Shown here piece by piece: positions 61,261 to 64,000 of a DNA stretch of 64,000 bases. A program made the translations under genes and the position numbers. The stretch covers positions 416,001-480,000 of the forward strand of contig CAVTHK010000011.1 in the NCBI GenBank assembly GCA_963734495.1, given 5' to 3'. Under the pieces are notes generated by a model that saw nothing but the letters and a program-made list of their open reading frames with translations, did not search any database and was not told the DNA's origin. This DNA comes from an uncultured Spirochaetota bacterium (lineage in GTDB: Bacteria > Spirochaetota > Spirochaetia > SZUA-6 > CAVTHK01). Position 1 is the first letter of the stretch, and each line of letters starts with the position of its first letter.

Positions 61261-62763
61261 TTACTTCGCGCCCTTGGCGTAGGCTTCGGCAAACTCCACG
61301 GCGATCTTGTCGCCGCCGCTGTCGCGCCAGCGCTTGACCTCCGCTTTGAAGCCGTTCTCGTCGATCTTCCCCATGATGAACTTGATGCCGGCATCGGCGA
61401 TGATCTGCTCGATGTTGGCCTTTTCGACGAGGGTCGCGGACAGCAGGCCCAGCGACTGGTTGGGGACCGCGTACTTGAGCGTCTCGGTGTCGAGCCGGGC
61501 GGCCAGCTCGTGTACGGGCGACAGCTTTCCGGGCATGGCGTTGTCGTCGGGCCACACCGGCGCGAGCGTGTAGCGATAGGGGAACCGTATAGTAGTGTCG
61601 AAGTCGGCGAGCTTTTCCGGGATGGGGACGGCCACGCCGTTCTCCACCTTGTAGTGCACGCCTTCGAGGCCGTAGGTAAAGAGGTTGGAGATCGTCTTGC
61701 CGCCGAGGGTGTCGAAGAAGGCGAGCATCTTTTTCATCTCGTCCTCCTTCTTGTAGCGCGTCTTGGTGAGGAGCATGACCCCGTTGTGGCCGCTCTCCGC
61801 GATCGTGCGGATCTTTCCGTCCGGCCCGGCTACGAGGCTGAAGGCCCAGGTTTCGGCGTTGGGAAAGTTCTTCTTGACCGAGGTGGCGCTCACGGGCACC
61901 TGCTGCGAGCTGTCGCGGATCATGGCGGCCTTGCCTTCGTTGTACATGCCGTAGATGTGCTTGTTGCGGTCCAGGATCGCGAAGTCAGGGTGGATGATCC
62001 CCTCGTCGTAGAGACGCTTGATGAACTTGAGGCCGTCCAGATACTCGGGCGTGGTCGCGTCGCGCACGAACTTGCCGTCCCTGACCTCCCAGGTGTTGGG
62101 CGCCCCGGCGATAAAGGTGAAGTGGTTGATGACGCTCTTCTCCATGACGAGGCCGTAGACGTCCTTCTTGCCGGTCCCGCTCAGGTTGGCGTTGGTGAGC
62201 GTCCTCGCGACGGTGTAGAACTCATCGAGGTTCTTCGGCTCCTTGAGCCCGAGCTTGTCGAACCAGTCCTTGCGGTAGATGAACGTGCGGCGCACCAGGG
62301 CGCGGATCTTGGGCAGCCCGTAGATCTTGCCTTCGATCTTGATGTTGTTGTAGATGATGGGGTTGACCCTGGCCAGGTTCGGGTAGCTCGGGATCGACGG
62401 CCCGATGTCCCAGAACATGCCGCCCCGCGCCGCGTTCAGAACCGGCGCCTTGAGCACGTCGGGGACGCCGACTGAAAGGACATCCGGGAGATCCCCCGAA
62501 GCGAGGAGGGTCGGGAACGCCTCGGCATAGGCCGTGCCCGTGAAGCCCTTGATGTCCAGCTTTGTGTTGGTCTCCTTTTCCAGGATCTTCTGGATGTCGT
62601 TGCCCGGCTGAGGGAACTCGACGCCGTCGTGCCACAGGAAGATCTTGATCGGGAACGGCTGTGATCCCGCCGACCTGGACTCCTCCTTGCCGCCCTCGGC
62701 AAAGACCGCCAGCCCCAGAACGAGGCCCAGGGCCAGCATCGCAGCGAACACTCGATTGCTCAT
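61261..62763 (-). CDS. Carbohydrate ABC substrate-binding protein (LplA-like)
   Basis: Signal peptide ending VFA-EGGKE, LASGDLPD, YRKDWFDKLGL..P, YGLEGVHY, FIMGKID. Confidence 0.9.
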   Translation of the reverse strand: MSNRVFAAMLALGLVLGLAVFAEGGKEESRSAGSQPFPIKIFLWHDGVEFPQPGNDIQKILEKETNTKLDIKGFTGTAYAEAFPTLLASGDLPDVLSVGVPDVLKAPVLNAARGGMFWDIGPSIPSYPNLARVNPIIYNNIKIEGKIYGLPKIRALVRRTFIYRKDWFDKLGLKEPKNLDEFYTVARTLTNANLSGTGKKDVYGLVMEKSVINHFTFIAGAPNTWEVRDGKFVRDATTPEYLDGLKFIKRLYDEGIIHPDFAILDRNKHIYGMYNEGKAAMIRDSSQQVPVSATSVKKNFPNAETWAFSLVAGPDGKIRTIAESGHNGVMLLTKTRYKKEDEMKKMLAFFDTLGGKTISNLFTYGLEGVHYKVENGVAVPIPEKLADFDTTIRFPYRYTLAPVWPDDNAMPGKLSPVHELAARLDTETLKYAVPNQSLGLLSATLVEKANIEQIIADAGIKFIMGKIDENGFKAEVKRWRDSGGDKIAVEFAEAYAKGAK

Positions 62764-62869
62764 GATGATCGTATCTCCTTCTCGCGTGATTGTGATCCGC
62801 GGTCATGGTCCAGGCGATTCTCTCCCACCTCCTTGGCGGCGGCTCCTGCGCCGCCGGCGCATGTGTTGA

Positions 62870-63730
62870 TCACCCCTTGATCGAGCCCAGCAGGATCCCC
62901 TTGGTAAAGTGGCGTTGAAGGAAGGGGTATACCAGGAGAATCGGGACCGTGGACACCACGATCACGGCCGAACGGATCGCGTCGGAGGTGAACGTCATGT
63001 TCACGTCCGACGACAGTGTCGAGTCGCCGATTCCCGTGGTGACGAAGATGACCTGCCTCAGGAGCACCTGGATCGGCCACTTGTCGGGTTCCTGGATGTA
63101 GATGATCGCCGCGAACCAGGTGTTCCACCTCGCGACTGCATAGAAGAGCCCGAAGGCAGCCATCGCCGGCATCGAGAGCGGCAGGATGATCCGGAACAGG
63201 ATGATGAGCTCGTGGCACCCGTCGATGACCGCCGACTCCTTGAGCTCGTCGGGGATGGCCATGAAGAAGTTCCTCAGGACGATGAGGTTGAAGGAGTTGA
63301 TGGCAGTGGGGATGATCAGGGACCACAGCGTGTTCATGAGGCCGGTGCCCCTCACGACGAAGTAGGTCGGTATGATGCCGCCGCCGAACATCATCGTGAA
63401 GACCACCATGAACATGAAGGCATTCCGCCCGACGAGGTCCCTGCACGCGAGCGCGTAGGCCATGAACGACGTGAGCAGCAGGCTGACGGCGGTGCCCACG
63501 ATCGTCACGTAGACCGAAACCATCAAGCTTCGCGGAAGAGTCACGGCCGAGAAGATGTAGCGGTAGGCCGCCATTCCGAACTTGAGCTGCATCAGGTCAT
63601 TGGATCGCGAGAAAGACATGGCGAGGACGTACAGAATCGGGAGCAGCGTGAGCATCGCGTACCCGAACAGAACCACATGGATCAGCGCGTCCTCGGCGAC
63701 GCCCGCGAGCGACCTGTCCCGGACCATCAA
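62870..63730 (-). CDS. Carbohydrate ABC permease (LplC-like)
   Basis: FTMMFGGGIIPTY, RNFF..IPDELKESA.IDG, LFYAV.RWN.WF, YPFLQRHF.KG..LGSIKG. Confidence 0.93.
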   Translation of the reverse strand: MMVRDRSLAGVAEDALIHVVLFGYAMLTLLPILYVLAMSFSRSNDLMQLKFGMAAYRYIFSAVTLPRSLMVSVYVTIVGTAVSLLLTSFMAYALACRDLVGRNAFMFMVVFTMMFGGGIIPTYFVVRGTGLMNTLWSLIIPTAINSFNLIVLRNFFMAIPDELKESAVIDGCHELIILFRIILPLSMPAMAAFGLFYAVARWNTWFAAIIYIQEPDKWPIQVLLRQVIFVTTGIGDSTLSSDVNMTFTSDAIRSAVIVVSTVPILLVYPFLQRHFTKGILLGSIKG

Positions 63731-63851
63731 GCCTCCCTCCGCTTCTCCGGACAGCTACGGCGGCCTGTCGGGCTTCCGCGCCCGGGTCTGATCGGCCGCA
63801 CCGGCCGGTCGCGACGCCAGGCGCGCACGCCCGGCACAGGGTGCGCCCTCT

Positions 63852-64000
63852 CTAGAACACCCCTTCTTCGCCGACCCTCTTGGCGAGCGCGTTGGACATG
63901 TAGACCAGCGCGAGCCCGATGACGGCCTTGAACAGGCCGACAGCGGTGCTGTAACTGAACTGCGCCTGCCTGATGCCGACTTCGTAGACGTACGTGTCGA
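63852..64000 (-). CDS. C-terminal end of a carbohydrate ABC permease (LplB-like), truncated by the window edge
   Basis: DTYVYEVGIRQAQFSYSTAVGLFKAVIGLALVYMSNALAKRVGEEGVF*. Confidence 0.85.
   Translation of the reverse strand, partial: DTYVYEVGIRQAQFSYSTAVGLFKAVIGLALVYMSNALAKRVGEEGVF

Noticed and set aside
63731-63851. Structured RNA in the 120-bp gap between the two sugar permeases
   Set aside because: GC-rich with only short imperfect stems and no recognisable motif.

Overview
GC-rich bacterial window, probably from an uncultured Spirochaetota member. This is inferred from the binding-protein N-termini 'VFSEGKPEKE' and 'VFAEGGKEES' and from a spirochaete-style FlgD-Ig C-terminus. About 20 single-base frameshifts in otherwise intact genes point to uncorrected long-read indels, so the ORF track splits or fuses many genes. 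The dominant feature is one giant surface-protein gene (about 1.4/1.8-16.1 kb, roughly 4,700-4,900 aa once reframed). It carries 3x(DUF2341+LamG), a beta-rich linker, a fourth LamG, 18 tandem 139/140-aa repeats bracketed by two DxDGDG domains, and a FlgD-Ig/T9SS-CTD-like tail. The rest is mostly catabolic or transport: an NMT1/THI5 ABC transporter with Gfo and creatininase-family genes; GH42 with an enolase-superfamily gene; add-rbsK-GH2; a Phd-VapC toxin-antitoxin pair; an APH-family kinase; a peptide-type ABC operon interrupted by GH39 and continued by PPIase, GldA/F/G-like and DUF4340 genes; and a GH31/URO-D-like/MFS/FAD-oxidoreductase/sugar-ABC cluster. Several genes look leaderless. I found no rRNA, tRNA, CRISPR array, transposase or integrase. 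Family assignments come from motif recognition, not database searches.
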